This document shows, piece by piece, positions 1 to 14,099 of a DNA stretch of 64,000 nucleotides; the stretch's first letter is position 1; each line of letters begins with the position of its first letter. Location: the NCBI RefSeq assembly GCF_009914755.1, contig NC_060930.1, one strand, 5' to 3'. The notes under the pieces were generated by a model. The model was given only the letters and a program-made list of their open reading frames with translations, searched no databases and had not been told where the DNA came from. The translations under genes were made by a program, and so were the position numbers. Source of the DNA: the human T2T-CHM13v2.0 reference genome, Homo sapiens.

Positions 1-1280
1 GACACTTCACCAATCTGTGCTAAACTTGCATTTGTTCAACTACCGTATACTGACAGCCTCCAATTTCCCAGGCATTGTGCCATGCACTGGCTGTTAACAA
101 TATGCTCATGCAGGATTATCACACATAGTAGCTCCACACCTCAAGAGAAACTCCAAAAGCCACAATCCAGACCCACTTTTGGGAACTTCTGGTTACCGAG
201 AATCTCTGTTCCAGGATCCCTATTTTAACTCTCCTATGTTTCATTGACTGGTTGTGCCTTCAGAGTCCAGTTTGTGACCCTACCTCCAAATCTGATCCTT
301 TTCCATCCCAGAATTGAGATATGTGCTTATAAGTTTGTGTTTCCTTTGCCACTCATTAGAACTTCATTCAGCTCAAGAGTATTTCTCCTGCTGCTGGTGC
401 CTTCAGCCTAGCACAGCTGTCTGCTCCTTCCTAACGAGGATTCTGTTTTTCTATTTAGTCTGCGCTTTGCATCTGAGAAGAGCTTCACTCAGGATGATTT
501 GTTGTTTTTAGCTCATTGCTCAGTATGCCTTCTGGCATTCTAGTAGGATTCATTTCCCACAGAAGACCAGTCCAGCTCGTTTCCACTGTAAAAGGCTTAG
601 CTGCAAGCCTCATGGGTTGGCTCTATTCCAAACCCTTGTAACTGAAGACCCAGCCGCTTGTGGTTCGGTATAGCAGGAGTGACCATGAAGCCCTTAAAAG
701 ATGATTAATGGCATTCCGCAAAAGATGCCAAGCTCTTTCTTCTAGCCAAGATTTCAGCTTAGTAACAGGACCCAGTCTTCCTGTAATTCCTAGGTAGGGC
801 TTATTTCTCATCTCCTCTACTTGACTTCATTTAAAGTAGGTAAAGTCCAGATAATTTGAGCTTCTTGAATTGTTTGCTTTTAAAAATAAAAAAGTACCTG
901 AACAGAACTCCAGAGAGGTGATAGCTACCTAATTAAAAGAAATAAAATAATTCCTTCTAATTTACAAAGTGTTTTTAATAAGTTTTGATTTGATTATTTT
1001 GGCAATTGTGTAAGTTAAGTGGAATTTATTTTCATTTCACAATTGCAGAAAATGAAAAGGTAACATTTAAATTCTAAATACAACGAATTTTTTAACTATT
1101 TCCCTAAATTTCTCAGCCCAAAGAATCAAGTATTTCCCTTAGATCATGAGCCGGTTAGTTTTTGTTGCTTGGGGCATGATTTTAATAAAATCATGATTGT
1201 TAATTTGATCTCCACCTGAGTTCCTTACAAACAATTCTTTTCTCAGAAAAAGGAAGAACGTACATTTCAAACCTATCTTC

Positions 1281-1900
1281 CTGTTCCTGCATTAATTTGC
1301 ATGTTCTCACTTACAGTGGCAGCTAAGCACTGGGTACACATGAACGTAAAGATGGAAACAATCAACACTGGGGACTCCTAGAGCAGAGAGAGAGGGAGAG
1401 GGGGAGAGGGCTGAAGCGCTACCTATTGGGCTGGGCGCGATGGCTCAAGCCTGTAATCCCAGCAATTTGGGAAGCGGAGGCTGGTGCATTGCTTGAGCTC
1501 AGGAGTTCGAGACCAGCCTGGGCAACATGGTGAAACCCCATCTCTACTAAAAATACAAAAATTAGCTGGGCATGGTGGTACGCACCTGTGGTCCCAGCTA
1601 CTTGGGAGCTGAGGTGGGAAAGTCACCTGAGCCCTGGAGGCGGAGGTTGCAGTGAGCCAAGATCGCGCCACTGCACTCCAGCCTGGGAGAGAGAGGGAGA
1701 CCCTGTCTCAAAAACAGAACAAAACAAAACAAAACAAACAAACAAAAAACAGCTACTTATTGGGTACTATGCTCACTCACTACCTGGTGACGGGATCATT
1801 TGTACCCCAAACCTCAACATTACACAATATACCCATATAACAAAACTGCACACGTACCCCCTGATGCTAAAATAAAAGTTGAAATTACACAAGAAAAAAC
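1281..1900 (+). mobile_element. L1 3' UTR fragment (L1PA16/L1PB-like), split by an Alu, with an 18-bp 5' inversion
   Basis: Runs from gcatgttctcactta to ctaaaataaaagttgaaatt plus an A-rich tail; TSD aa(c/g)ctatcttcctg at 1270-1283 and 1901-1914. Confidence 0.85.
1429..1750 (+). mobile_element. Alu (AluJ-like), full length
   Basis: Dimeric Alu with (AAAAC)n tail; TSD gctac(c/t)tattgg at ~1418-1429 and ~1752-1763. Confidence 0.95.
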
Positions 1901-2975
1901 AAGCTATCTTCCTGACAAATATGATTGTCCTCAGTGTCGAAGGAGAGTCAGGAGTCCAAGGATGGAAACACAAATGATCAGGCCTGCTGGAAAACCCCTG
2001 CAGAACAGGCTCTGTGGGACCTTTATACATAAATGGTCAGATTAAAGATGTCACAAACTCTTCTTGGGTGATCTGTTTTAAATAGGAGTAAAACATACTT
2101 CTCCGACTTCTCATTCAATGGTTACACTGATAAATCTTCATTGTTTCAAACCTACCAAAACCCACTAATTCTTTATGTTTCCCTTTACATATGAATAGTA
2201 TTTTCATTATAATTTTCTTAAAAAGTAAAAATAAGTTTTAAAATCATATTCCCCAGATGATTCTTCTAGAAATAGAACTAGTTGACTGGCATTCCACCTA
2301 TCCTGAAAATATCACATCAGTTCATCCTCAGAAACCATCAAGATTCTACACCATACAGAATGAAAAGCAAACTCAAGATCATAGCAGTTTTGAACTCCCA
2401 CAATTTGTGCTCAAACTTCCCTTCTATTAAGCTTCCTTTCACGCATCTGAATTCCAGGCAAACCAGGATTTAACTTTTAACTTTTCTAAGTTAAAAGGAA
2501 AGTGCTGCTTCAAAAGGTTTATATATGTTGAGTTTTTCTAGACATGGCCAAATTGACCTCCTAACCTGTACCCATTTATACTCACTGGTAAGGTGCAGAA
2601 ATGCCTGTTTCATCACTCTATCCACAGTATCTTTTTAATGTTCCCAAATGGATAGGCAAAATTTTTGCCTTATTGTTTTAATTTTCCTGTGTTTGACTAT
2701 CAGTAAGTTTAAGCATTTTTTCAGGGGTTTACTGACCATTTGTATTTTTTTCCAGCTTGACTATTTAAGTCATTTTCCTAAATTTTTTGATTAGAATGTT
2801 CATCTTTTTCTTAAAAATTGTGTTTTAGGAACTCTTTTGTCTTTGTCGCTCCTGTTATAGGTATTTGCTCATGATTTGTAGTTCATCTTTAAAACTTTTG
2901 CCTTATTTTCTTCTGCACAAAAGTTTAAAATGTTCATGAAATCACACCTGTTAATCTTTTCCATTATGGATTTTA

Positions 2976-3292
2976 CTTATTCATTTTTACTTTTGGTTGT
3001 ATTTAGAGACAGGGTCTCATTCTGTTGCCCAGGCTGGGGTGCCGTGCCATGATCATAGCTCACTGTAGCCCCATCCTGGGCTCAAATGATCCTCTCGTCT
3101 CAGCCTCCTGGGTGGCTGGGACTATAGGCACACACCACCACACCCAGCTAATTATTTTTTAATTTATTTTTTTGCAGAGACATGGTCTTGACATATTGTT
3201 CACACTGGCCTTGAACTCCTGGGCTCAAGTGATCCTTCTTCCTTAGCCTCTCAAAGTGCTGAGATTTCAGGTATGAGCCACGACACTCAGCC
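2976..3292 (-). mobile_element. AluJ
   Basis: Antisense Alu; perfect TSD ccattatggatttta at 2961-2975 and 3293-3307. Confidence 0.95.
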
Positions 3293-3314
3293 CCATTATG
3301 GATTTTAAACTTAG

Positions 3315-3707
<393 letters not shown>

Positions 3708-3920
3708 TAAAATTATTTTTAGTACACTTAATTCTTCAATCTTTCTTAAGTTAATTTAGGTTTTGGGACGAAATAAGTAAATATTCAATCCTGCTGGAAT
3801 TTATTTAGGTTTTCAGATTTCCTTTCATTTCCTCCAAGTGAATAGCCAAGTTTGCCAACTATTTTTCCCAATGAAACAGTTTTTTATCCAGACCACCTTG
3901 ATAATTCTTTATCAATTCTA

Positions 3921-4186
3921 TTTATTTTAAATTTTATTTTTAATTGACAAATAATAATTGTACACATTTATAGAGTACCTAGTGATGTTTTGATATATGT
4001 GATATACAGTGATCAGATCAGGGTAATTAGCATATCCATCATCTCAAACGTTTATCATTTCTTTGTGTTGGGAACATTGAATACTCTCCTTCTAGCTATT
4101 TGAAACTATATATTATTGTTAAGTATAATCATTCTACAGTGGTATAGAACACTAGAATTTATTCCCCCTGTCTAGCTGTAAGCTTG
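3921..4186 (-). mobile_element. L1MA 3' end fragment
   Basis: tttaattgacaaataataattgtacacattta through agaacactagaatttattcc. Confidence 0.8.
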
Positions 4187-5161
4187 TTTAATGAGGCCCT
4201 TTTCCTATAAAATTCTGACCTAAATATATTTTTAAAATTCTACTGCTATCTACATCTTTTACCAATTACTTGCTTAATTGATACCTTGTTCAACAACGTA
4301 AAAGACTATGATATGCCTAAGAAATATATCATTAAGTGTCTTATCAGAAATAATTAGCTTGATTATCTAAGAGACGAAGCATAGGAAAGTCTCCAAGTAG
4401 AGTCGGGCTGCATGCAGTACAAACACAAGTGTAAAAGGTGTTCATGGAAAATATAATCTGCTTAACACAAATTCTCTTTACCCAAAACTTTGCAGGTGTG
4501 AATCTGTTGTACTATGACAGGCTGTCCCAACTTCACAAATGTATAATAAATATCTGCTTATCCCAAAACAATAAAGAAACTCTTATCAGGTTTTAAAGTT
4601 TTGTCTTCCAAGAAAGAAGAAAAGAATAAGAAAATTTTCTTAAGGACTTTAAAGTCTTTAGATTTGTGGACCTCTGGAGATTAAAAACTGACATTTGCAC
4701 TAAAACCAAGAAGACACCATGAGGATCTGATAATGCTCATCAATAAAATGTAACTAGAGTTTGCAGTTTTAGGACTGCATACCTCATTGCTGCTCATCTC
4801 TGCATTTTCTTTATTCAACTGACTACACATAGGAAATTTATTTTAACTCTATGAAATGCTAGGGCATATTCCACTTCTATTATTAATTCCTATGAATTTT
4901 CATTCTCAACATGCCAGGTCCCAGTTTCCATCAGCCACTGACCAGGAGCCTCTATGAGATTATCTGTGGCTTACTGGGGAGGGGATGTGATAAGAAGGCT
5001 TCCCTTTCTTAGTGGTTTTGTGTACTATGGGTTGAGTTTATCAAGGCTTGAACCCAGCTGTGAATGGAAGAGTGTATGTTTCAGACCACGATGCTATAGA
5101 CCTTTTGTACTATCCCTCCAAGATCCTAAATTGTTTTCACATCTATTAAAACCATGTATCT

Positions 5162-5482
5162 CTGGGCATGGTGGCTCACGCCTGTAATCCCAGCACTTTG
5201 GGAGACCAAGGCCGGTGGATTACTTGAGGTCAGGAGTTTGAGAAGAGCCCAGCCAATATAGTGAAACTCTGTCTCTACTAAAAATACAAAAATTAGCCAG
5301 GCGTAGTGGCAGATGCCTGTAATCCCAGCTACTCAGGAGGCTGAGACAGGAGAATTGCTAGAACCTGGGATGTGGAGGTTGAGGTGAGCCGGGATTGTGC
5401 CGCTGCACTCCAGCCTGAGCAACAGAGTGAGAAACTCTGTCTCAAAAATAAATAAATAAATAAATAGATAAATAAAATAAAA
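5162..5482 (+). mobile_element. AluS
   Basis: Full Alu with (AAAT)n tail; TSD taaaaccatgtatct at 5147-5161 and 5483-5497. Confidence 0.95.
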
Positions 5483-5662
5483 TAAAACCATGTATCTATC
5501 CAGTCAAGAAATCTGAAGGCCTTGAAATCTTGCGAGCACTACTCTGCTAAGACAAACACAATTTAGGAAAATCCCAAGACATATGTATTTGGCAACAGCG
5601 TTTCCCCTTCTCTACAAGCTATGGGTGTTCCCTGCCAAAGAACATTAAAAAGAGAACCAGGT

Positions 5663-6046
<384 letters not shown>

Positions 6047-7670
6047 CTAAGGGTGTCCTTAAGCAAAATTGTGAATTCAGTGACACTTGTCCCGGGGATG
6101 CCACTCCCCCACTTTCTGACTTGTGCACCCTTGTGACGCACACCCCACCACTGCTAATGCCCTCAGATACCCAGTGCCCTCTTGCTCCTGCCAGTTTTTA
6201 CTTTACTTACTCTCAGCCAAAGCACTAAAATCATTTATTTATATCCAAATTTGAATGAATGTGTTCATTTACTTTTTTAAAGAGATGTTTGCATTCCTTT
6301 AGTTGTGTAATGAAAGACATTAGAAGGCACATTGTTGTGAAAGTATGGTGCTTTCCTTGCCCTCAGCCCAGCAACAGACAGACCCTGTTATTGGGACACT
6401 GTCCCTGTTTTTTAAGAAATTTACTCTACTTTTGGAGAAGAAAGACATACAAGGCATCCAACAATAATTCACATCAGCTTGGGGTTGTGCACAAAAGGTG
6501 AGTTTGCAAGTTGAGCTTGTCAGACTCCACAGGCATACACTCCTATTTCCAATCTTAACGCTTATTGGCACCATTTTACAAATGAAATAACCAGGATAAG
6601 ACAACTAAATAATTTGCTCAATGTTTTACTACTTGTCAAAGGTTGAATAAAGTATTATGGGACCATTATTAGAACACTGTTGTCAATTTGGGTTATGGTT
6701 AGATAATGAGTGGTGTTTTCTTAATGACAACAGAGCATAATAAAAGGCTTGTGTTAATATTCTAACATATTAAAGAATGTACTTTTATTTATTTTTTGTT
6801 ATTCTTGCCTCTGTTTGTAATTTCCAGCCCATGAATGCTATTATCAAGTTGAGCTTAATGGATCTCAGCATGAAAAAGCCAAGGTCATCACTTCTCCACA
6901 CCTCTCCCACCTTGACCTTCTTTCTATATCTCCTTCGGTATTTTTCCTTCATGTAGTCTCTGGCATGGTACATTACATAGGCTATCAGGTTTACATAAAT
7001 GGATTTTTCATGAAAACAAAGAAAAGAGAAAAGAAAAATTATATATTTTCAAGGCCTCTACTAAGAAAATACAGTGTGACATTTTATATTTATTTGGGGA
7101 AGTAGCAGGAGAAATGGTTAGTCAATTCTAGGGTTTTTTGGAGTCCTGGGAAGGAGTTAAATTGAGAAGTACTTCCTGGATATATATGGATCCAGGCAAA
7201 GCTTAAACTAATTCACCCTAAAGGAAAAATAAGCTTAATTCTCTCAAGCATAATTTTATTTTAAGAGATTGCAAGGGTTAACGTATTATGAATTAGTGAA
7301 AACCATATGACTGATACTTTAACAAGTATCTTTGGTGGAGCCCTTTTTATTCTAGGCAATCTACCTCCCTGGCACATCAGAACAATGGGGTTCCTGTGTT
7401 ATCACAGAGGGAAGAGTGTGCTTTCAGTCAGAAAATCTGGAGCTTGAGCCTCAGCCAATCACCTCATTATAGTTAGTAAGCGGGTTGAAATCTGTTGTTT
7501 CTGCTCATTGCTTTTTCAACTCTGTTCCCTTATTTAACCATCTTCAGGAAATGATACATTGAAATCAGAATTTTTTTTTCAAGGAGAGAAAAAATAATCT
7601 CAGATTAACAGGTAGTACTGGTCATCGTAATACACGTTCTTAGTAATCAAAGTACAGTTATTGGGCTTAC

Positions 7671-7747
7671 CTGGTGATTTATCTCTTCACACCAGAACTC
7701 GAGGGAGCCCTTCCTTCAGTATACTTGTGGCTCAATCACTTCTTATG
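7671..7747 (-). ncRNA. Candidate non-coding exon (77 nt)
   Basis: Minus strand: acceptor ctgatactttctttccaaacag|C, donor CAG|gtaagc; stops in all three frames. Confidence 0.35.
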
Positions 7748-9229
7748 CTGTTTGGAAAGAAAGTATCAGTATCTGAGCCACAGCAGCTCACTGGCATGAA
7801 CACAGGCTCACTGATCCATCAGCAATTCCTGGCACGCATTACTGCCTGTGCAGGTAGACAAGCCTGGGACACACCCCCTTCAAGAAGGAAACAAAATACT
7901 TTTCTCCTAACTCCCCCTCCCGCTTAAAGTCACTATCAGGTCTGGTAAGAGGAAGGAGCACAGAGCTCAAGACTTAATGATTCTCCCAGCAGACATAAAT
8001 GGGTGTCTGAAATCACAGAAGGGAAATGGGAGAGAAAAGCTCTAGGGGAATGTGGAACACTTTTGCCCTAGATCGGTTTACTACAAAATGCTACTCCATC
8101 AAATCTTCCTGTCCAACCTCTGAACACACTGGGTCATACCCTATAAAGCTGAAGGAATGCAGCCCTTCATGCATAATTCCAATGAGGAGAGGTGGGTAAT
8201 TCCTGTGGGGCAGAAATAAGGGTAGATACTGTTTTTCCTTTTCCAACTTTTTTATTTAAGACTAAAGAATCAACTAGCTACTTTCCCAGATAAAACAACC
8301 TCAGACTTCTGGGTGGGGTAGTACCAAAGGAGCTGTGGCAAAAGACAGCAACAGGGTGGATGCTGGGGTGAATGCTTTTGGTGTGTTTTTTGTGCTTAGA
8401 AAACCTAGAGTGAAACCTGATTAACTTCTTTAGTAAAGATTTGTTTTCTTTCCAAGGAGTCATCCAGTTTGAAAACTATGAAAGGTCAAGATTATTATGT
8501 GCTGTATCTTTAGCCACATTGGCTCATAAATTACTTTTGGTCAAGGTAATGAGCTACTAACAACCACGTCTAAATTAGCAATTTGTAATTCTGTTATGGA
8601 ATAATGAAGGGGATAATAATATGTTAATTCTCAAAAATGCCACTGAAAAGAAAGCAAAGGATGTCTCTGAATTCAATTAATTTATTAATTTTCTTTTGTT
8701 TCTTTTAAGCACTCCACGTTTTACAAATGACTTGAGCTGGCTTACAATGTTAATGCATAAAATAAAATAGTGTGAGAATAAAAATTTTAAAATCATTATA
8801 AAACCTCTATATAAACTATAAAAAAGGAAACTATAAAGAGTCAATTAAGAAAAGTGATGCAAATAATAATCCCTGAAATTATTGTTTCATAAATTTGAAA
8901 CTTATCTCTAGGACAGAACTTCCTAACAGTTAAAGAAAAGGGGAAGCTAGTCAGGTACACTGTTCTCACAATCAGGAAAGAGGAAGCATCTATGTTTTCA
9001 TGAAAGAGTAAGTAAATTCTAATAGAAACATCTTTTTTAGAGTGAACAATATTCCCGTCAACATTTGAGCTTCTAATTGCATGTTGAAGACCTTTAGTGC
9101 TATGTGGGCCTAAACCCAGTATGACCCACTTGTCTTCCACACCAGCTGGGCCACTGATCCCTATCATACTTAACATGATTGGGTCTGGGTCTAGCCCACT
9201 GAAAAAGTTATCAAGAGAATGGGGCTTAC

Positions 9230-9293
9230 CTGACAAACCCCAATTGTCAGGTAGACTCAAGCTTCAACCATTGTTCCTTTGTCCCCCATCAGC
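9230..9293 (-). ncRNA. Candidate non-coding exon (64 nt)
   Basis: Minus strand: acceptor cttttttccacccag|G, donor CAG|gtaagc. Confidence 0.3.
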
Positions 9294-11201
9294 CTGGGTG
9301 GAAAAAAGCTAATCTCATAATCTAGTCGAGTTAATTCCATTCTCCTTCTGCTTGTTTTCTGTAGGGTTTTGCCTGTTTCACAGTCCACCAATTATAACTG
9401 TAGACCAAATTTCAATTCCGAAAGGATAAAGACTTCCAGACATACATACTCTTACTCAGTAGGTCCAATGTCTAAAGTTTTAAGATGAGAGATGCCATCT
9501 TCTCAGTTCAGTGCCACCCCTTTCCTATTGTCTATATTAAATTACAAGTGTTTAAAGTAATTCACTGACATCCTAGTAAGAATGTGTTTATAAAATGGAA
9601 TTAATAATCTACTAATCACTAGAGCAAGAAAGTGGCCATGGAATTGGGTGGAAACAGTTGAAATGACCAACTAGTGTGGAGTTTAAGGTGGTGAGGGCTT
9701 GAAGCTGAGATGGAAGCTCTGTTATCCACCTTTGGCTCATTGTGTCACTGCAGCCCAACAACTTCCTAGGGCCAAGGTATGGCCCTCAGAACCAAAGGAA
9801 ACCCTACATTGTCTCATTAGACCAAAAACACTTTAGCAGACACTAGTAGGTGAGGCAACCGGTAGACATCAATGATTCCATGAGCACATTGATTTTGGAG
9901 AAAATCTGAATCCAAACAGATGAATGCATTTAATAGTCTTTTAATTCCGTGTTTAATAGAAGGAAGTCATAGTACGTCCAATATTCAGATTGTTTCATAA
10001 ATAAGGTGTGTTTTTGAAACTGATGACTCACCAAAAAGCAGTTTACTCACCGCTTCTAATTTCCTGCTAAGAATCTGTTAGTGCACGCAACACTAAATTC
10101 CTCAGTACTTCCTGGTGAGTTTGAGGAGCTCTCTGGTCCTTGCAAAGGACACAGTGCAAAAGGAAGCAGCATGGGTTTATGCACTGTGGCAGCATTCGGA
10201 CATCTTATTACCTTAAGAGCTCAGGACAAAGCCAACCTTCTGAGTGCAGAGCTGTGGAGCTTTGTTGCCCCTCTAGTTTGATTGTAATGTTTCACAGGCA
10301 TGAACAAGGTGTTCACTTGAGCATAAGAAGCCAGGTAAACAAATTTATTTTGGTTCATCTGGTCAACTTTACATTCCACAAATGCTGGGGGGAAAAAAAA
10401 GAAGAAGAAGAAAGGCCTGGGGCTGAGGAAGAGCTTCAAGCCTTCTAACTTCATCTGTTGGTGTTGGTTTAGTGAAGAGTCTGGTTGCTTGGTTTCCAAG
10501 CAAAAGAGCAGGGTCCCACAAATAAACAGCAATAAGCCTGAGTCCTGGGAGAAAGAAAATGCAAACAGAATCATGTTATTGAAACTAGTTATCTAAATTC
10601 ATATGTCAACAAACTGTCCCTGAGTGAGTACTCGGTGTGAAACAATATCTAAATTAGACAGATCAGCAGGTGAACCAGAAAAGGACAGGAACCCAATTAC
10701 AGAAGGACCCTGATGCCCATGTCCATACATCAGAAGTGCTGGACATTCTTTGAGTTTGGTCATAAAGAAGTTTTACCCCAGGGGCTGCAAACACAAACGG
10801 CAGACTTGAGTGATGTGATGATGCAGGAGTGTGAAAGACCCTGGACTGTTTCAGGTGGTTTTATTCCATAGTTGCAAAATGTTTGAAAGCACTATATATA
10901 TGTATATGTATATATTGCAAGTATAATTTTTTTAACTGAAAGGAGGAGTAAAAAAGAGAAGAGTTGAGTATAAACTGTAAATTTCAGCGAGACGATTCTT
11001 CTGACTACTATGATAAAAGTCTTATCAAAGCTGATACAGGCTCTTCATACTCGGAACAAGGGCTTAAGATAAGGAGAGGTGGGTTTGAAATTATGAAGCT
11101 ACCTAAGGACAAGCATTGGACACTGTGACTTATGAGAAATTGCTTTTATCAGAGGGGTAGGGTAGCATTGTGTTATAATTGAGACCTGGACAGCTAATTA
11201 G

Positions 11202-11536
<335 letters not shown>

Positions 11537-11544
11537 TAGCAAAC

Positions 11545-12035
11545 TTTTTTTAAAATTTTTTGTTTTTAATTTGTATGGGCACATAGTAGGTATAAGTTTT
11601 TATGGGGTACATGAGATATTTTGATACAGGCATACAATGTGTAATCATCACCTCAAACCTTTGCGGTTATGCAGCATCATTTCTTTGTGTTACAAACATT
11701 CCAATTATACACTTTAAGGTATTTTTAAATGTTTAGTAAATTGTTATTGAATATAGTCACCCCATTGTGCTATCAAACACTAGATCTTATTTATTCTACC
11801 TAATGATATTTTTGTACCCATTAACCATCCCCACTCCCCCACTGCCCACTACTCTTCCCAGCCTCTGGAAATCATCATTCTTTTCTCTACTTCCATCAGT
11901 TTAATTGTTTTAGTTTTAGCTCCCACAAATCAGTGAGAACATGTGAAGTTTGTCTTTCTTTACCTGGCATATTTCACTAAATGTCCTCCAGCTCCATCCA
12001 CGTTGTTGCAAATGACAAGATCTCATTCTTTTTTT
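11545..12035 (-). mobile_element. L1MA 3' end fragment
   Basis: tatggggtacatgagatattttgatacaggcatac through gtgagaacatgtgaagtttgtctttc. Confidence 0.85.
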
Positions 12036-12074
12036 TGTTGTTGGTTTCTTTCTTTTTTTTTTTTTGTGGTGGAT

Positions 12075-12270
12075 CAGCCAACATTTACGGAGTACTTCCT
12101 ATGTGCCAAGTACTGTTGTGATCATTTTTCATGTGTTTTTATACGTTCTGCAACCCTATTTTATAGACAATGGAGTGAAGGCATCGAGCAGTTAAGTGAA
12201 TGGTGAGCCAGAAAATCAACACAACCTGACTTCAAAGTCTGTTCTGTCACACTATTCTCTACTGCTTCCT
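12075..12270 (-). mobile_element. MIR
   Basis: acatttacggagtacttcctatgtgccaag through tgacttcaaagtctgttct. Confidence 0.55.
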
Positions 12271-13214
12271 AAAGACAGATGAAAAATACAAATAGAAGTG
12301 TCTGACCCTTGCTAAATATCCAAAGAAAAAGCAAAGGCAAACCAGGTACTAATGAGATAGAACATTCTTATCATCTGAACCTTCCATAATAAATTGGAGA
12401 GCCATCAAAATCCTATAGAGTCCACACTTCATTTTATTCAAGAAGTAAGCTTCAAGTGTCACTAAATTCAAGGTCCTGTGTAAATCTGGCAGTTGGTCAA
12501 GACGGTATCTGTGGCCTTTAATCAGTTCAGAATGTACAGTATTGATACAGAATTATTATTCTCTGTACAGAATGTACACAGATAACACTGAGAAGAGAAA
12601 GCTATAACCTATAAAATAAGTGATAATCCTTTTTCCCCTTCACTCCGTCTGTGTTTAAAATAAGAGTTATACAGCACCAAGAAGCCCACCTCTCCAAGCT
12701 CAAAAGATCCTCGTGAGGCCATAGGAAAGGTACAGCTGCAGGCACCAGAACACACCCCCTGCAATCACAGGAGGTGCAGGAATTCTACAGGGTCGGGACA
12801 GCCTCAATAGAGAATCTGCTATATCTTACAAGAATCCTCCTTTTTACCATGCAGATTCTAGAGTTCCAGACCCTTTACAGTAAGATGCATTTCTCCACCA
12901 GCCTATAGCATCAGAGAAAAATAACACAAGCAAGGCTTCTGGAGAACACTCATGAGTCTGCTGGATTAGAGGCTCACACCCAACAGACTCAGAGTGCAAA
13001 GGGTCCTTCCTGTGGATGAGAAGCTCTTCTAGAACAAAATTAAGCTGCTTCCGTCCCTGGGCACTTTTGCTCTGGTGTCATGGCCGTGCTCAACTTCCTC
13101 ATGAGGACAAACATCTGAAGATGTGACCTGAGATTAGGACATTCTTTTTCACTTACGTATTGTTTCAGCAAACCCCACATTGACTCCAGCACTTCCAAAT
13201 GTCCTTTAGGCAAA

Positions 13215-13233
13215 GAGAGACATCTAGTGGCCA
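13215..13233 (-). promoter_or_regulatory. CTCF-like motif
   Basis: Reverse complement reads tggccactagatgtctctc; motif match only. Confidence 0.3.
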
Positions 13234-13421
13234 AGATTCACAACGTTGTAGCGGCCACCTGTTTACAAAATCACTATGCGGTACAATCACTTAATTTACC
13301 ATGAAGGTGACTGAGGGACTTAATGGAGGAGGCAGGAGAAGGAGCAGTCCAAACCAGGTAACCTCTGTGACCTGAGTTGCCTTGTCCAGTTTTTCAGGAC
13401 ATAGATTCTGCTTGGAGCAGA

Positions 13422-13660
13422 GTTCATTCATTCATCTATTTATTCATTTGACAAGCATTTATACTGTCTACTAGGTACAAGACACTGTGTTAAGCCTCAG
13501 GACTTCAAAATCTATAAATACACTCTTCAAGCATCTATAATGGAGAAGGTAGGCCAGCAACAATCAGTTAAAATATGTTACGATAGGGGCTGAACACACT
13601 GTGCCACAGAAGGCTGTAGGAGAGGCACTTACATGAATCTTTGAGGATAAGAAAAAGCGT
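13422..13660 (-). mobile_element. L2 3' end
   Basis: ttcattcattcatctatttattcatttgacaagcattta. Confidence 0.6.
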
Positions 13661-13667
13661 TTAAAAC

Positions 13668-13880
13668 ACAGGTCTCAAACTGGCACCCTGTGGGCCCCAT
13701 CTGGCCAGCAGATGTGTTTTGTTTGGACCATGCTTTGTTTTTCTAACTCTGAATTAGTTGCCGACATTTAAACATCAGGGGATTTCACATGAAAATCCAA
13801 ATTTCAGCTTCTTTTGGAAAATAAGAAGATCTGAAAACATTGGTTTGTATTCCTGCAGGGTCACATTCAATTGGAGCTGC
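13668..13880. mobile_element. MER102-like hAT-Charlie DNA transposon fragment
   Basis: caggtctcaaactggc...gcagatgtgttttgtttgg...gaattagttgccgacatttaa...gatttcacatgaaaatcc. Confidence 0.65.
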
Positions 13881-14099
13881 TTTCTTAATGTTTTTACATA
13901 ACAGTCAATAATGTCTCTGCATAACAGCTTCTTTTAATAAAATGTTGGTAAATTTTACATGAACAAGGTAGAAAACTCAAAATTACAAAAGCATATTCAG
14001 TAAACTACCCTTGTTCCACAACTAACCAATCTTCACCTACAAAAGCGCCCACTTTACCAGTTAGAAATTGTATAAATGCATATCCTTCTCTCACAGTTT

